Shown here: piece after piece, positions 1-10,319 of the stretch
Layout: every line of letters begins with the position of its first letter
How positions within the stretch are numbered: position 1 is the stretch's first letter
Source: Flavobacteriales bacterium
Lineage (GTDB): Bacteria; Bacteroidota; Bacteroidia; Flavobacteriales; UBA7312
Direction: 5' to 3'
Assembly: GCA_002862585.1 (NCBI GenBank)
Contig: PKDP01000114.1
Span: forward strand, 1-25,676
Length of the DNA: 25,676 nt
Notes under the pieces: generated by a model
The model's input: only the letters and a program-made list of their open reading frames with translations
The model's database searches: none
What the model was told of the DNA's origin: nothing
Made by a program: the position numbers and the translations under genes

Positions 1-1
1 T

Positions 2-2536
2 GTTGTAAAGAAAAGTGGTGAAAACCTATTAGAAGCAACGAGTAAAATAATGTCGCTTTTAGCTACTGCAAAATCAACTAATATACTTCCTCAAAACTTA
101 ACAATATCCATTACAAACGACCAGTCTGAACAAACTAGAGATCAATTAAGTAACTTGGAGAACAGCATCATTTTTGGAGTAATTTTAGTGGTGCTTGTTC
201 TCTTGTTCTTTCTTGGTTTACGAAATGCATTATTCGTAGGAATGGCCATTCCTTTATCCATGTTTATCAGCTTTGTAGTCTTTGGAGGTATGGGAACTAC
301 TATGAACATGGTAGTCCTTTTTGCACTTATTTTAGCACTCGGGATGTTGGTGGACAATGCTATTGTGGTGATTGAAAACATTGATCGTATTTACAAGAAA
401 GAAGGCTTGAGTAAGTTCGAAGCAGCAAAACAAGGGGTAGGCGAAATAGCCGTTCCTATTATTTCTTCAACACTAACTACACTGGCAGCCTTTTTCCCAC
501 TCTTATTTTGGGACGATTTGATGGGCGAATTTATGGGTTATATTCCAATGACATTAATCATTGTATTAGGCTCGTCATTATTTGTGGCATTAGTTATCAA
601 CCCTGTTTTTGCATCACGATTTATGCAAGAAGACAATCGAAAAGAAGTCAATAAACCAAAGCTTAAGAAGACCACTATTTATGCAGCCGTTATTTCAATA
701 GTCTTTTACCTATTGGGAGCTCGTATGTTAGGCTCACTAGCCTTGATATATGGCTTGTTGAACTTGCTAAACAGCTTATACCTCACCCCATGGTCATATT
801 GGTTTCAAGATACTTTACTAGTACGCTTGGAAGAAAGATATTCCAAAATATTAAACTGGGCATTGGATGGAAGACGTCCGTTGAAACTTTTGGCAGGAAC
901 GTTTGGACTATTGATTTTCTCTATAATGTTCTTTGCATTGATGAAGCCAAATGTGGAGTTTTTCCCTGTTAATGAGCCTAAGTACATCAATGTCTTTTTG
1001 GAAATGCCCGAGGCTACTGATGTAATAGCTACGGACTCCATAGCTCGAATTGTGGAGCAAGACATCATAGATATCTTAAGCCCTTACGAGCATATAGTTT
1101 CTTCCGTATTAACTAACGTTGGTGCAGGAACTTCCGACCCTAATGAAATGGGTGGTGGTTCAGGAAACACTCCGCACAAGGCACGTATAACGATTAACTT
1201 TGTAGAGTTCAAATACAGAGACGGTATCGCTACTGGCGATGTGATGAAAGAGCTTTCATCCTCAATTAAGGTATTGCCAGGCGTTGAAATTAGCGTGGAC
1301 AAAAACAGAGATGGACCACCAATGGGACGACCTATTAATATGGAAATTACAGGTGAGAATTTCGAAGACTTACTCTTTTTAGCCGAAGACATTCAGCAAA
1401 AAATAGAGAAAGAGAAAATACCTGGAATAGAAGGATTAAAAGTTGACTTAGAGTTGAGTAAAGCCGAGATGCTTGTACAGATAGACAGAGATATGGCACG
1501 TCGATTAGGAGTATCTGCCTCTCAAGTTGGTTCTACTATTCGAACAGCCTTATTTGGTAAAGAAGTCTCTAAATTTAAGGACGGTGAAGACGAGTATCCT
1601 ATCACCCTAAAACTAGCAAATAAGTACCGCTATAATGTGTCTTCATTGATGAATCAGAGCATTACCTTTAGAAGTCAGTCCAATGGAAGGATTATGCAAA
1701 TACCTATCTCATCGGTTGCTAATTATTCATACAACAACACCTTCGGATCGGTCAATAGAAAAGACATGAAAAGGCAAGTAACCCTTTACTCAAATGTGAT
1801 AGAAGGGTATAACGAAAACGCTATTAATGATCAATTAAAAAAGCTATTAGCCGATTATCCTATGCCAGAAAATTGCGATTTACAATTCACTGGTAAGCAG
1901 CAAGAACAAGCCCAAACACAAGACTTTTTATCAAAAGCATTACTGATTGCTGTGGCTTTAATTACCTTGATATTAGTTTCCCAATTCAACTCCGTATTTA
2001 AGCCAGTCATCATTATTATGACGGTTCTATTTAGTACCATAGGTGTATTCTTGGGACTAGCCATTTTCAATATGGATTTCGTTATTATTATGACAGGAAT
2101 TGGTATAGTTTCATTGGCAGGTATTGTAGTAAATAACGCTATTGTATTAATCGATTACATTGACCTCATTAAATCAAGAAAGAAAGAAGAGCTTGGATTG
2201 GACGATTCGGAAGAACTAGACTACCAAAACTCAATAGATAGTATTCGTGAGGCTGGGCAAAAAAGGCTACGACCTGTATTGCTAACCGCAATCACTACGG
2301 TCTTGGGATTATTGCCCTTAGCTACAGGAATGAATATTAATTTCAGCACTTTGCTAACGGAGTTTAATCCACAAATTTTCTTCGGTGGTGACAACGCGAT
2401 TTTCTGGGGACCAATGGCATGGACAGTAATTTTTGGACTTACTTTTGCTACATTCCTAACATTAGTTATTGTACCAGTAATGTATCTGTTAACCGATAAA
2501 TTAAAGACTAAAATTGTATCTGAATTAGGGAGCTAG
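2..2536 (+). CDS. RND-family efflux transporter permease subunit (AcrB/AcrD/AcrF-like), 5' end outside the window
   Basis: Frame is open from position 2 (VVKKSGENLLEATSKI precedes the ATG at 50). It has RND motifs GMLVDNAIVVIEN (TM4), GIVVNNAIVLID (TM10) and RLRPVLLTAITT (TM11), with a large periplasmic domain between TM bundles. Confidence 0.93.
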   Translation, partial: VVKKSGENLLEATSKIMSLLATAKSTNILPQNLTISITNDQSEQTRDQLSNLENSIIFGVILVVLVLLFFLGLRNALFVGMAIPLSMFISFVVFGGMGTTMNMVVLFALILALGMLVDNAIVVIENIDRIYKKEGLSKFEAAKQGVGEIAVPIISSTLTTLAAFFPLLFWDDLMGEFMGYIPMTLIIVLGSSLFVALVINPVFASRFMQEDNRKEVNKPKLKKTTIYAAVISIVFYLLGARMLGSLALIYGLLNLLNSLYLTPWSYWFQDTLLVRLEERYSKILNWALDGRRPLKLLAGTFGLLIFSIMFFALMKPNVEFFPVNEPKYINVFLEMPEATDVIATDSIARIVEQDIIDILSPYEHIVSSVLTNVGAGTSDPNEMGGGSGNTPHKARITINFVEFKYRDGIATGDVMKELSSSIKVLPGVEISVDKNRDGPPMGRPINMEITGENFEDLLFLAEDIQQKIEKEKIPGIEGLKVDLELSKAEMLVQIDRDMARRLGVSASQVGSTIRTALFGKEVSKFKDGEDEYPITLKLANKYRYNVSSLMNQSITFRSQSNGRIMQIPISSVANYSYNNTFGSVNRKDMKRQVTLYSNVIEGYNENAINDQLKKLLADYPMPENCDLQFTGKQQEQAQTQDFLSKALLIAVALITLILVSQFNSVFKPVIIIMTVLFSTIGVFLGLAIFNMDFVIIMTGIGIVSLAGIVVNNAIVLIDYIDLIKSRKKEELGLDDSEELDYQNSIDSIREAGQKRLRPVLLTAITTVLGLLPLATGMNINFSTLLTEFNPQIFFGGDNAIFWGPMAWTVIFGLTFATFLTLVIVPVMYLLTDKLKTKIVSELGS

Positions 2537-2568
2537 GTAATCTTTGTCCTAACAGATGTTAAATTTCT

Positions 2569-2576
2569 TATATTTG
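2569..2576 (+). promoter_or_regulatory. Bacteroidota sigma70 -7 element (TATATTTG) for dxs; possible -33 TTTG at 2543-2546
   Basis: Exact TAnnTTTG match, correct orientation, 20 nt before the dxs start. Confidence 0.7.
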
Positions 2577-2596
2577 TACCAGAAAAGTAATCAAGT

Positions 2597-4504
2597 TTGA
2601 GTTCATTAGATAATATCCAATTCCCTGAAGATTTAAAAAATCTCAAAAGTAACGATTTGCCTCAAGTCTGTGATGACTTAAGGCAATATATTGTTGATGT
2701 AGTCTCAACCAAAGGAGGGCATTTCGGTGCTAGTTTGGGTGTCGTTGAACTTACGGTTGCTTTACACTATGTTTTCAACACACCTTACGACCAGTTGGTA
2801 TGGGATGTAGGTCATCAGGCTTACGGACACAAAATCCTTACAGGAAGAAAAGACCGTTTTCACACCAACAGAATTTACAATGGAATTAGTGGTTTTCCGA
2901 AGCGTTCGGAAAGCGAATACGATACTTTTGGTGTAGGACATTCCTCTACTTCTATTTCTGGAGCATTAGGGATGGCAGTAGCCTCGAATTACAAAAACGA
3001 AAAAGACAAACAACACATAGCCGTTATCGGTGACGGCTCCATGACAGCTGGTTTAGCCTTTGAAGGACTTAATCATGCTGGAATAGAAAACTCCAATCTT
3101 TTAGTCATTCTCAATGACAACTGCATGTCCATTGACCCCAATGTTGGCGCATTAAAAGAATACTTAACAGATATTGCCACTTCGCATACCTATAATAAGG
3201 TTAAAGACGATGTTTGGAATCTTTTAGGGAAAGTCAGTAAGTTTGGGCCAAATGCCCAAGCTATTGCAGCTAAGTTAGAAAATGCCATGAAGTCGGCACT
3301 ATTGAAGCAAAGCAATTACTTTGAGTCATTAAACTTCAGGTATTTCGGACCTGTAGATGGTCACGATGTTGTGCATTTGAGTAAAATATTGAATGATTTA
3401 AAAGACATTCCCGGACCTAAAATTTTGCATTGCCTTACCAAAAAAGGCAAGGGCTATGAGCCGGCAGAAAAAGGAAGCCCTACTAAATGGCATGCACCAG
3501 GATTGTTTGATAAAAATACGGGGGAGATAATAAAATCTACCTCTACTAGTCCTCAGCCACCAAAATACCAAGATGTGTTTGGAAAAACCATTATTGAATT
3601 GGCTAAGGAAAACGATAAAATAATGGGTATTACCCCAGCTATGCCTACAGGTTGCTCTTTAGGCATGATGATGAAAGAGATGCCAGACAGAGCCTTTGAT
3701 GTAGGTATTGCTGAGCAACACGCTGTTACTTTTTCGGCAGGTTTAGCTACACAAGGAATGGTGCCTTTCTGTAATATTTACTCCTCCTTTATGCAACGTG
3801 CTTATGACCAAGTAGTACACGACGTTGCCATTCAAAACTTGAATGTAGTATTTTGCTTAGATAGAGGCGGTTTGGTAGGTGCTGATGGCCCTACTCATCA
3901 CGGTGTTTACGACATGGCATACTTTAGGTGTATTCCTAACATGGTCGTTTCTGCTCCTATGAATGAGCAAGAATTGAGAAACCTCATGTACACCGCACAA
4001 TTACCTAACAAAGGGCCATTCTCAATACGTTACCCAAGAGGAAAAGGCGTTATGGTCGATTGGCAAACACCTTTTGAAGAAATACCAGTAGGAAAAGGAA
4101 GAAAAGTTTCTGATGGTAATGAAATTGCTTTAGTGACAATTGGTCATGTGGGGAATTTTGCTCAAAAAGCCATTTCAGAATTAGATACGTATTCTGTAGC
4201 CCATTACGATATGCGATTTGTGAAGCCTTTGGATGAAGCCTTACTACACGAAGTCTTTAGGAAACACGATAAAGTGATTACGGTAGAAGACGGCTGTATA
4301 CAAGGCGGTTTTGGTAGTGCTATCATTGAGTTTATGGCGGATCATAACTTCAAAGCACAAGTAAAGCGTTTGGGTATTCCTGACAAATACGTTGAGCATG
4401 GCACTCAGCCTGAGCTATGGCGTGAATGCGAATACGATAAGCAAGCCATCATTGAAAGCGTTCATCAGATGGTAGGCGTTAAAAAAGTAGCCACAACAGC
4501 ATAA
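2597..4504 (+). CDS. dxs: 1-deoxy-D-xylulose-5-phosphate synthase (TTG start)
   Basis: Motifs [19 protein letters not shown], ThDP-binding GDGS...LND, IAEQHA and [15 protein letters not shown]; 635 aa. An in-frame TAA at 2588-2590 blocks any upstream start. Confidence 0.97.
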   Translation: MSSLDNIQFPEDLKNLKSNDLPQVCDDLRQYIVDVVSTKGGHFGASLGVVELTVALHYVFNTPYDQLVWDVGHQAYGHKILTGRKDRFHTNRIYNGISGFPKRSESEYDTFGVGHSSTSISGALGMAVASNYKNEKDKQHIAVIGDGSMTAGLAFEGLNHAGIENSNLLVILNDNCMSIDPNVGALKEYLTDIATSHTYNKVKDDVWNLLGKVSKFGPNAQAIAAKLENAMKSALLKQSNYFESLNFRYFGPVDGHDVVHLSKILNDLKDIPGPKILHCLTKKGKGYEPAEKGSPTKWHAPGLFDKNTGEIIKSTSTSPQPPKYQDVFGKTIIELAKENDKIMGITPAMPTGCSLGMMMKEMPDRAFDVGIAEQHAVTFSAGLATQGMVPFCNIYSSFMQRAYDQVVHDVAIQNLNVVFCLDRGGLVGADGPTHHGVYDMAYFRCIPNMVVSAPMNEQELRNLMYTAQLPNKGPFSIRYPRGKGVMVDWQTPFEEIPVGKGRKVSDGNEIALVTIGHVGNFAQKAISELDTYSVAHYDMRFVKPLDEALLHEVFRKHDKVITVEDGCIQGGFGSAIIEFMADHNFKAQVKRLGIPDKYVEHGTQPELWRECEYDKQAIIESVHQMVGVKKVATTA

Positions 4505-4530
4505 AAAAAGAGCCTCGAAGGCTCTTTTTA
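4503..4530. terminator. Bidirectional intrinsic terminator between convergent dxs and accC
   Basis: AAAAAGAGCCT-CGA-AGGCTCTTTTT: perfect 11-bp inverted repeat with A-tract before and T-tract after, directly after the dxs stop. Confidence 0.9.
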
Positions 4531-4551
4531 AATTTTATATTCAAAATTCTA

Positions 4552-5889
4552 CTACTTCAATTCAAAAGACTCCATAAATTTGGTGGTATAGTTACCGTTT
4601 ATGAAATCTTCGTTTTTCATCAATTGTAAGTGGAAAGGTATAGTTGTCTTCACACCTTCAATAACGAATTCTTCCAATGCTCTTCTCATTTTTGAAATAG
4701 CCTCTTCTCTAGTTTGAGCCACTGTAATAAGTTTAGCAATCATAGAGTCGTAATTAGGTGGTATACTATAGTTAGCATACACATGAGTGTCAATACGTAC
4801 ACCGTGTCCGCCTGGTGCATGAAAGTTTGTAATCCTTCCTGGACTAGGCCTGAAGTCGTTGTAAGGGTCTTCGGCATTAATACGGCACTCAATGGCGTGT
4901 AGCTGAGGATAGTAGTTTTTACCCGTTATTTTTATGCCAGTCGCCACTTTTATCTGTTCACAAATAAGGTCATAGTCCACTACTTCTTCCGTAATAGGGT
5001 GTTCCACCTGAATACGGGTATTCATTTCCATAAAGTAGAAGTTACGGTGCTTATCTACCAAAAACTCTACCGTTCCAGCACCTTCATATTTTACCGATTC
5101 GGCAGCTTGTACAGCCGCTTTACCCATAGCTTCTCTAAGCTCATCCGTCATGAAAGGAGAAGGCGTTTCTTCTACTAGTTTTTGGTGTCTTCGTTGTATG
5201 GAGCAATCGCGTTCAGAAAGGTGACAGGCTTTACCTGTGCTATCGCCAATAATTTGTATTTCTATATGGCGCGGGTCTTCAATGAATTTCTCCATATACA
5301 TACCGTCGTTACCAAATGCAGCAGCGGACTCTTGTCTGGCAGAGTCCCAAGCGTTTTCTAATTCGCTGGATTTCCATACGAGTCGCATTCCTCTACCACC
5401 ACCACCGGCAGTAGCTTTTAGCATTACTGGATAACCAATTTCTTTAGCGAGTTTCTTGCAATGTGTAAAATCGTCGATTAGTCCATCCGAGCCTGGTATG
5501 GTAGGTACACCCGCTTTTTTCATGGTCTCTTTAGCAGCAGCTTTATCGCCCATGCCTTCAATCATTTCTGGTGAAGCACCGATAAATTTGATGCCATTTT
5601 CTCCGCAAATTTTGGAGAATTTAGCGTTTTCAGAAAGGAAACCATAGCCTGGATGAATAGCATCGGCATTGGTAATTTCTGCTGCGGCAATGATGTTTGG
5701 GATATTTAGGTAAGATTCGCTAGATGGACCTGGGCCTACACATACGGCTTCGTCGGCGAATCTAACGTGCAAACTCTCAGCATCGGCAGTAGAATATACG
5801 GCCACTGTCTTTATGCCCATCTCTTTGCATGTGCGAATTACTCTTAGAGCAATTTCGCCTCTATTAGCTATTAATATCTTTTTAAACAT
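4552..5889 (-). CDS. accC: Acetyl-CoA carboxylase, biotin carboxylase subunit
   Basis: [14 protein letters not shown] start, [51 protein letters not shown]. Confidence 0.97.
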   Translation of the reverse strand: MFKKILIANRGEIALRVIRTCKEMGIKTVAVYSTADAESLHVRFADEAVCVGPGPSSESYLNIPNIIAAAEITNADAIHPGYGFLSENAKFSKICGENGIKFIGASPEMIEGMGDKAAAKETMKKAGVPTIPGSDGLIDDFTHCKKLAKEIGYPVMLKATAGGGGRGMRLVWKSSELENAWDSARQESAAAFGNDGMYMEKFIEDPRHIEIQIIGDSTGKACHLSERDCSIQRRHQKLVEETPSPFMTDELREAMGKAAVQAAESVKYEGAGTVEFLVDKHRNFYFMEMNTRIQVEHPITEEVVDYDLICEQIKVATGIKITGKNYYPQLHAIECRINAEDPYNDFRPSPGRITNFHAPGGHGVRIDTHVYANYSIPPNYDSMIAKLITVAQTREEAISKMRRALEEFVIEGVKTTIPFHLQLMKNEDFINGNYTTKFMESFELK

Positions 5890-5898
5890 GAATGTATT

Positions 5899-6399
5899 TT
5901 AAGAGGGGTCAACTAAAAATAAAGGCTGATCGTATTCTACTGGTGTAGAATCATCTACTAATACCTTTACAATTTTACCGCTAACTTCGGATTCAATTTC
6001 GTTGAATAGCTTCATAGCTTCTACTACGCATAGCACATCGCCTGGCTTGATAGTGTCGCCAATATTCACAAATGTTTCTTTGTCTGGAGAAGGCTTTCTG
6101 TAAAACGTACCAATCATTGGTGACTTTACAGTAATGTATTTGTCTTCCTCGCTACTTTTGTCTGCTGCTGGTGCTTTTGCCGCAGCTTCAACTGCTGGAG
6201 CCGGAGCAGCTGCTACAGGCATTACTGTCGGAGCACCTTGAGCTACAGGAATTTGTTGAATAATGGTTGTTTCGGGTACCGCCCCTTTCTTAGCAGGGGA
6301 TTTGATAGAAATTTTTACGTTGTCAATTTCTAGATTTACCTCAGTTGCTCCAGATTTAGCAACAAACTTTATGAGTTCTTGAATTTCTTTAATGTCCAT
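5899..6399 (-). CDS. accB: Acetyl-CoA carboxylase biotin carboxyl carrier protein
   Basis: MDIKEIQELIK N-terminus, Ala/Pro-rich linker, SPMIGTFY, biotinylation motif EAMK; adjacent to accC. Confidence 0.97.
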   Translation of the reverse strand: MDIKEIQELIKFVAKSGATEVNLEIDNVKISIKSPAKKGAVPETTIIQQIPVAQGAPTVMPVAAAPAPAVEAAAKAPAADKSSEEDKYITVKSPMIGTFYRKPSPDKETFVNIGDTIKPGDVLCVVEAMKLFNEIESEVSGKIVKVLVDDSTPVEYDQPLFLVDPS

Positions 6400-6417
6400 A
6401 AGGCGATTTTAATATTT

Positions 6418-6425
6418 CAAATATA
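6418..6425 (-). promoter_or_regulatory. -7 element (TATATTTG) for an internal accB-accC promoter
   Basis: Forward CAAATATA = exact TAnnTTTG on the minus strand, 18 nt before the accB ATG. Confidence 0.6.
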
Positions 6426-6429
6426 TAAT

Positions 6430-7428
6430 TTATTTACTATCGTATGCCCATTTCAAATAAATAGAGCCCCAAGTAAAGCCACCACCGAAGGCAGCAAGGA
6501 TGAGGTTGTCCCCTTTATTTAATTGATTTTCCCATTCCCATAGACATAGCGGTATAGTTCCATTGGTTGTATTTCCATAACGCTGAATGTTCAGCATCAC
6601 TTTATCTGTACCTACGCCCATTCTGTTGGCAGTAGCGTCTATGATTCGTTTATTGGCTTGGTGAGGAACTAACCAAGCGATATCGTCACCAGTAAGATTG
6701 TTTCTATCCATAATTTCACCTGAAACATCAGCCATACCTTTAACGGCAAACTTAAATACTGTTTGTCCTTCTTGGTGAATGAAGTGCTCTTTATTTTTAA
6801 TGGTTTCTTCAGATGCAGGGTGATAAGAACCGCCACCTGTCATTCTGAGGTAATGACGACCTTCACCATTGCTTTTCATAATGGAATCATGAACACCTAA
6901 ATCGTCTTCGTTAGGTTCTAATAATACAGCACCCGCTCCATCGCCGAAGATGATACACGTTTGTCTATCTGTATAATCTACGATAGAAGACATTTTATCA
7001 GCACCCACAACAATAATTTTCTTGTAAGCTCCTGTTTCTATGTATTTGGCAGCAGTAGCAACAGAAAATAGGAATCCTGAACAGGCTGCCATAAGATCGT
7101 AGGCGAAAGCATTTTTTGCACCTATCTTATCAGCGATAATACAAGCAGTTGATGGAAACATCATATCTGGCGTTGCAGTAGCACAAATGATACAGTCTAT
7201 TTCTACGGCAGAAACACCTTTTTTCTGAAGTAATCCTTCAATAGCGCCAACGCCTAAATCAGATGAAGCTAATCCTTCGCCTTTTAATATTCGTCTTTCT
7301 TTAATACCTGTTCGTGTAGTTATCCATTCATCATTGGTGTCTACCATCTTTTCTAGCTCCTTGTTCGTTAGAACATATTCAGGAACATATCCGTGAACGC
7401 CTGTTATAGCAGCTCTGAGTTTAGTCAT
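6430..7428 (-). CDS. fabH: 3-oxoacyl-ACP synthase III
   Basis: [12 protein letters not shown]; catalytic Cys (AACSGF), His (PHQAN) and Asn (YGNT); AFGGGFTWG. Confidence 0.97.
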   Translation of the reverse strand: MTKLRAAITGVHGYVPEYVLTNKELEKMVDTNDEWITTRTGIKERRILKGEGLASSDLGVGAIEGLLQKKGVSAVEIDCIICATATPDMMFPSTACIIADKIGAKNAFAYDLMAACSGFLFSVATAAKYIETGAYKKIIVVGADKMSSIVDYTDRQTCIIFGDGAGAVLLEPNEDDLGVHDSIMKSNGEGRHYLRMTGGGSYHPASEETIKNKEHFIHQEGQTVFKFAVKGMADVSGEIMDRNNLTGDDIAWLVPHQANKRIIDATANRMGVGTDKVMLNIQRYGNTTNGTIPLCLWEWENQLNKGDNLILAAFGGGFTWGSIYLKWAYDSK

Positions 7429-8374
7429 TATTGAAGTTATTTAAAATTTTTGTGGTTAAATCAGCTTCAACAACATCAGCAGTCAAAACGATCATATTCT
7501 TAATGGCGATTTTGTTAGATATTCCATGACCAATAACAACGGTTTTGTTTAACCCTAGAATGGGCGTTCCTCCATAATTTTCATAATTGAATCGGTTGAA
7601 ATATTCGTCTTTAATATTTCTCTTTTCAATTAAGTTGTAGATAGATTCAGCTTGCTTCAGTATAACGTTCCCTGAAAAACCGTCGCAAACAATGACGTCG
7701 CATTTATCATCAAAAAGATGTCTACTTTCTATGTTTCCACAGAAGTTGAAATCTCTTGAGTCGCTCATAAGCTCATGAGCGGCAATAGTTAGCATATTAC
7801 CTTTTGTTTCTTCTTCTCCAATATTTAATAGGCCAACTCTTGGGCTAGTGATACCGCACACATGCTCGGCAAATAGTGAGCCTAATATTCCAAACTGATA
7901 GAGTACATCAGCTTTGCAGTCGGCATTGGCACCAACATCTAAAATTACATTTACTCCACCGTCTAATTTGGGCAGCACGGAAGAGATACAAGGTCTTAAA
8001 ATTCCAGGGATAGGCTTTACAGACATATAGCCACCTACGAACATTGCGCCAGTATTTCCTGCACTGGCAAAACCATCTATTTTTCCTTTTTTAAGTAAGT
8101 GGAATCCAACAGCGATGCTGGAATTAGGTTTTTTAACAAGTGCTTTGGTAGGGTGTTCGCCCATCTCAATATTTTCTGGGGCATGAACAATTTCGAAGGT
8201 ATCTTCCTGGAGATTGTGTTTTTGTAGTTTGCTTTTAATGAGTGATTCGTCGCCGATGAGCACTAAGTCAACTTTATCGGCTAAGTGTGGCAGAGCTAAA
8301 ACACTGCCGTCAATGGTAGCTTCTGGGGCAAAATCCCCCCCCATGATATCTATTCCAATTCGAACTCTAGCCAT
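7421..8374 (-). CDS. plsX: Phosphate acyltransferase PlsX (start moved to the ATG at 8374)
   Basis: [53 protein letters not shown]. The MARVRIGID start fits the family better than the TTG at 8383. Overlaps the fabH start by 8 nt. Confidence 0.95.
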   Translation of the reverse strand: MARVRIGIDIMGGDFAPEATIDGSVLALPHLADKVDLVLIGDESLIKSKLQKHNLQEDTFEIVHAPENIEMGEHPTKALVKKPNSSIAVGFHLLKKGKIDGFASAGNTGAMFVGGYMSVKPIPGILRPCISSVLPKLDGGVNVILDVGANADCKADVLYQFGILGSLFAEHVCGITSPRVGLLNIGEEETKGNMLTIAAHELMSDSRDFNFCGNIESRHLFDDKCDVIVCDGFSGNVILKQAESIYNLIEKRNIKDEYFNRFNYENYGGTPILGLNKTVVIGHGISNKIAIKNMIVLTADVVEADLTTKILNNFNND

Positions 8375-8375
8375 T

Positions 8376-8420
8376 AAAAACAAAAGTAGATTTAAGAGTT
8401 TTAAAAAGTCCTAAATCTAC
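8376..8420 (-). terminator. Candidate intrinsic terminator/attenuator after rpmF
   Basis: Minus strand reads GTAGATTTA GGAC TTTTT AAAA CTCT TAAATCTAC then TTTTGTTTTT: perfect 9-bp outer stem, imperfect inner stem, 9/10 U tract. The stem is AU-rich, so efficiency is uncertain. Confidence 0.5.
8381..8388 (-). promoter_or_regulatory. -7 element (TACTTTTG) for an internal plsX promoter
   Basis: Exact TAnnTTTG ending 6 nt before the plsX ATG; overlaps the base of the hairpin. Confidence 0.5.
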
Positions 8421-8449
8421 AAATTAAAAATTAAACTAAACGATAAGTA

Positions 8450-8638
8450 TTATTGGGCAGCAACTTCTTGTGAAACAGCTTCTTTGCCTCTATAAAAACC
8501 ACATTCTCCACACACTCTATGGTGTAGTATAGGTGCGCCACAGTTAGAGCATTTACTAACGTTGTGTGCAGTTGCTTTGTCGTGAGTTCTTCTTTTGTCT
8601 CTTCTAGTTTTAGAAATTTTACGTTTAGGATGTGCCAT
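8450..8638 (-). CDS. rpmF: 50S ribosomal protein L32 (retains both CxxC pairs)
   Basis: MAHPKRKISKTRRDKRRTH, CSNC...HRVCGECGFYRG; conserved position between yceD and plsX. Confidence 0.97.
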   Translation of the reverse strand: MAHPKRKISKTRRDKRRTHDKATAHNVSKCSNCGAPILHHRVCGECGFYRGKEAVSQEVAAQ

Positions 8639-8651
8639 AATCTAAATCAAT

Positions 8652-9182
8652 TTATTTGTGTTTTATATTCTTCAAACTTGCCCAACGGGGGTCAATTTCA
8701 ACATCTTCTTTTTCTGTTTGTTCTTTAATTTCAAATTGTCTGATGTTTTCTAACATATCTTGGTTGCACTCTTCTTCATCGGCGTGTGACCGTTTTGAGG
8801 GTAACGACAAATGAATGAATTCATAAATACTTTTAGCAAGCGATAAGGTATGCTCTCTGGTAGATAAAATTATGATTTCGTCACTCTCAGTGCTTTCCAC
8901 TAAGTCAGAAAATTTTACAATAAGATTAAATTGTTCGTTTAAGTCTTGAAGATAGAGGTCTGCACAGGTATCGCAAGAGAGTTCAACATTACCGCTAATG
9001 TCAAATTCTAAATCTAGCAATGTTGCTTTTTTATTTAGCTTGATGGCTACCTTTAGCGTTGCCTTTTTTACTTCAGAATTTTCGAACAATTCAAAGAACG
9101 ATTCTACGATGTCAAAATCAAATTGGTGCGTTCCTAATTTTAGGCCCGAAAAAGGAATATCAAAATCTTTTTCTCTTACCAT
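8652..9182 (-). CDS. yceD: YceD/DUF177 family protein
   Basis: FDIPFSGLKLGTHQFDF, CDTC, C-terminal DPRWASL; directly upstream of rpmF. Confidence 0.9.
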   Translation of the reverse strand: MVREKDFDIPFSGLKLGTHQFDFDIVESFFELFENSEVKKATLKVAIKLNKKATLLDLEFDISGNVELSCDTCADLYLQDLNEQFNLIVKFSDLVESTESDEIIILSTREHTLSLAKSIYEFIHLSLPSKRSHADEEECNQDMLENIRQFEIKEQTEKEDVEIDPRWASLKNIKHK

Positions 9183-9208
9183 GAATTCAATTTTTTCAAA
9201 GTAGCCTG

Positions 9209-9216
9209 CAAATGTA
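9209..9216 (-). promoter_or_regulatory. -7 element (TACATTTG, followed by CA) for yceD-rpmF
   Basis: Forward CAAATGTA = exact TAnnTTTG on the minus strand, 26 nt before the yceD ATG. Confidence 0.7.
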
Positions 9217-9254
9217 ATAATATTTCATGAAATGAGCTTAAAAAAAGCTATTGT

Positions 9255-10319
9255 TTACTCGACCTTACTTCTAGAGCGTTCTTTTTTAGGGCTTATTTTT
9301 AGTGGATTGCTGTTAAGCCTTTGCCATTCTTGACGCTTTTTGAAGACATCACAAGCGGCATAAACAGCCTGTCGGAATGAGGATTCTTGAGCTTGATTTT
9401 TGCCTGCTATATCAAATGCAGTACCATGGTCAGGAGAGGTGCGAACGATATCCAAACCGGCAGTGAAATTAACGCCATTTCCGAAAGATAAGGTCTTGAA
9501 AGGTACTAATCCTTGGTCGTGGTACATGGCTAGAACACCATCAAAGGCTTGGCGTTTGTTGGAGCCAAAAAAACCATCGGCAGGGTAAGGTCCGAAGACT
9601 AAAAGTCCTTCATCTTCTGCTTTTTGAAGGGCTGGAATAATGGTCTTTTTTTCTTCATCACCTATTACGCCATTGTCTCCAGCATGTGGGTTTAGTCCAA
9701 GGACTGCGATTTTAGGCTTTCGAATGCCAAAATCTTGTTTCAGACTTTGGTTTAGAGTGTTGAGTTTTTCTAATATGGCGTCAGTACTAATATGTTTTGA
9801 TACTTTTTCTAATGGAATATGACCAGTTACTACTCCAATTCTGAGCGTATCGGACAACATCAACATTAGTGATTTTCCGTTGTGTTCTTGTTCTAAAAAC
9901 TCCGTATGTCCTGGGAATTTAAAGTCGTCTGATTGTATGTTGTCTTTGTTGATGGGAGCGGTTACAAGGGCATCTATTTGACCATTTTTTAAGGCCTTAT
10001 TGGCAGACTTTAAAGACGTCAAAGCGTATTTGCCTCCATCAGCATTGTTTTGTCCTAAGTTGAGTTTTACTTCTTCTTTCCAGCAATTCAAAACGTTGAT
10101 TTTATTGCCTTTCGCCATCTCGATGGATTGAATTTTATTCAAAGATAAATCATCAAAATGCAGTGTTTTTTTGACTTGGTTCAGCAAATGAAAGTCGCCA
10201 AAAATAATAGGTGTACAAAAGTCTAGCATGCGTTTGTCTCTAAACGTTTTGAGGATGACTTCTGTCCCAATACCGTTAATATCGCCAATGGAAACACCTA
10301 ATTTTAGTTTACTACTCAT
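9255..10319 (-). CDS. pdxA: 4-hydroxythreonine-4-phosphate dehydrogenase
   Basis: IGDINGIG, VTAPINK, FPGHTEFL, GLNPHAGD, MYHDQGL, RTSPDHGTAFDIAG. Confidence 0.96.
   Translation of the reverse strand: MSSKLKLGVSIGDINGIGTEVILKTFRDKRMLDFCTPIIFGDFHLLNQVKKTLHFDDLSLNKIQSIEMAKGNKINVLNCWKEEVKLNLGQNNADGGKYALTSLKSANKALKNGQIDALVTAPINKDNIQSDDFKFPGHTEFLEQEHNGKSLMLMLSDTLRIGVVTGHIPLEKVSKHISTDAILEKLNTLNQSLKQDFGIRKPKIAVLGLNPHAGDNGVIGDEEKKTIIPALQKAEDEGLLVFGPYPADGFFGSNKRQAFDGVLAMYHDQGLVPFKTLSFGNGVNFTAGLDIVRTSPDHGTAFDIAGKNQAQESSFRQAVYAACDVFKKRQEWQRLNSNPLKISPKKERSRSKVE

Noticed and set aside
50-52. ATG at 50 as the RND start
   Set aside because: The frame is open to the window edge with RND-like sequence, so the gene begins upstream.
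6120-6260. Low-complexity GCT/GCA-rich stretch in accB
   Set aside because: It encodes the normal Ala/Pro linker of BCCP, not a repeat element.
8375-8383. TTG start for plsX (MFL extension)
   Set aside because: It lies inside the promoter box and U tract; the ATG at 8374 matches the family N-terminus.
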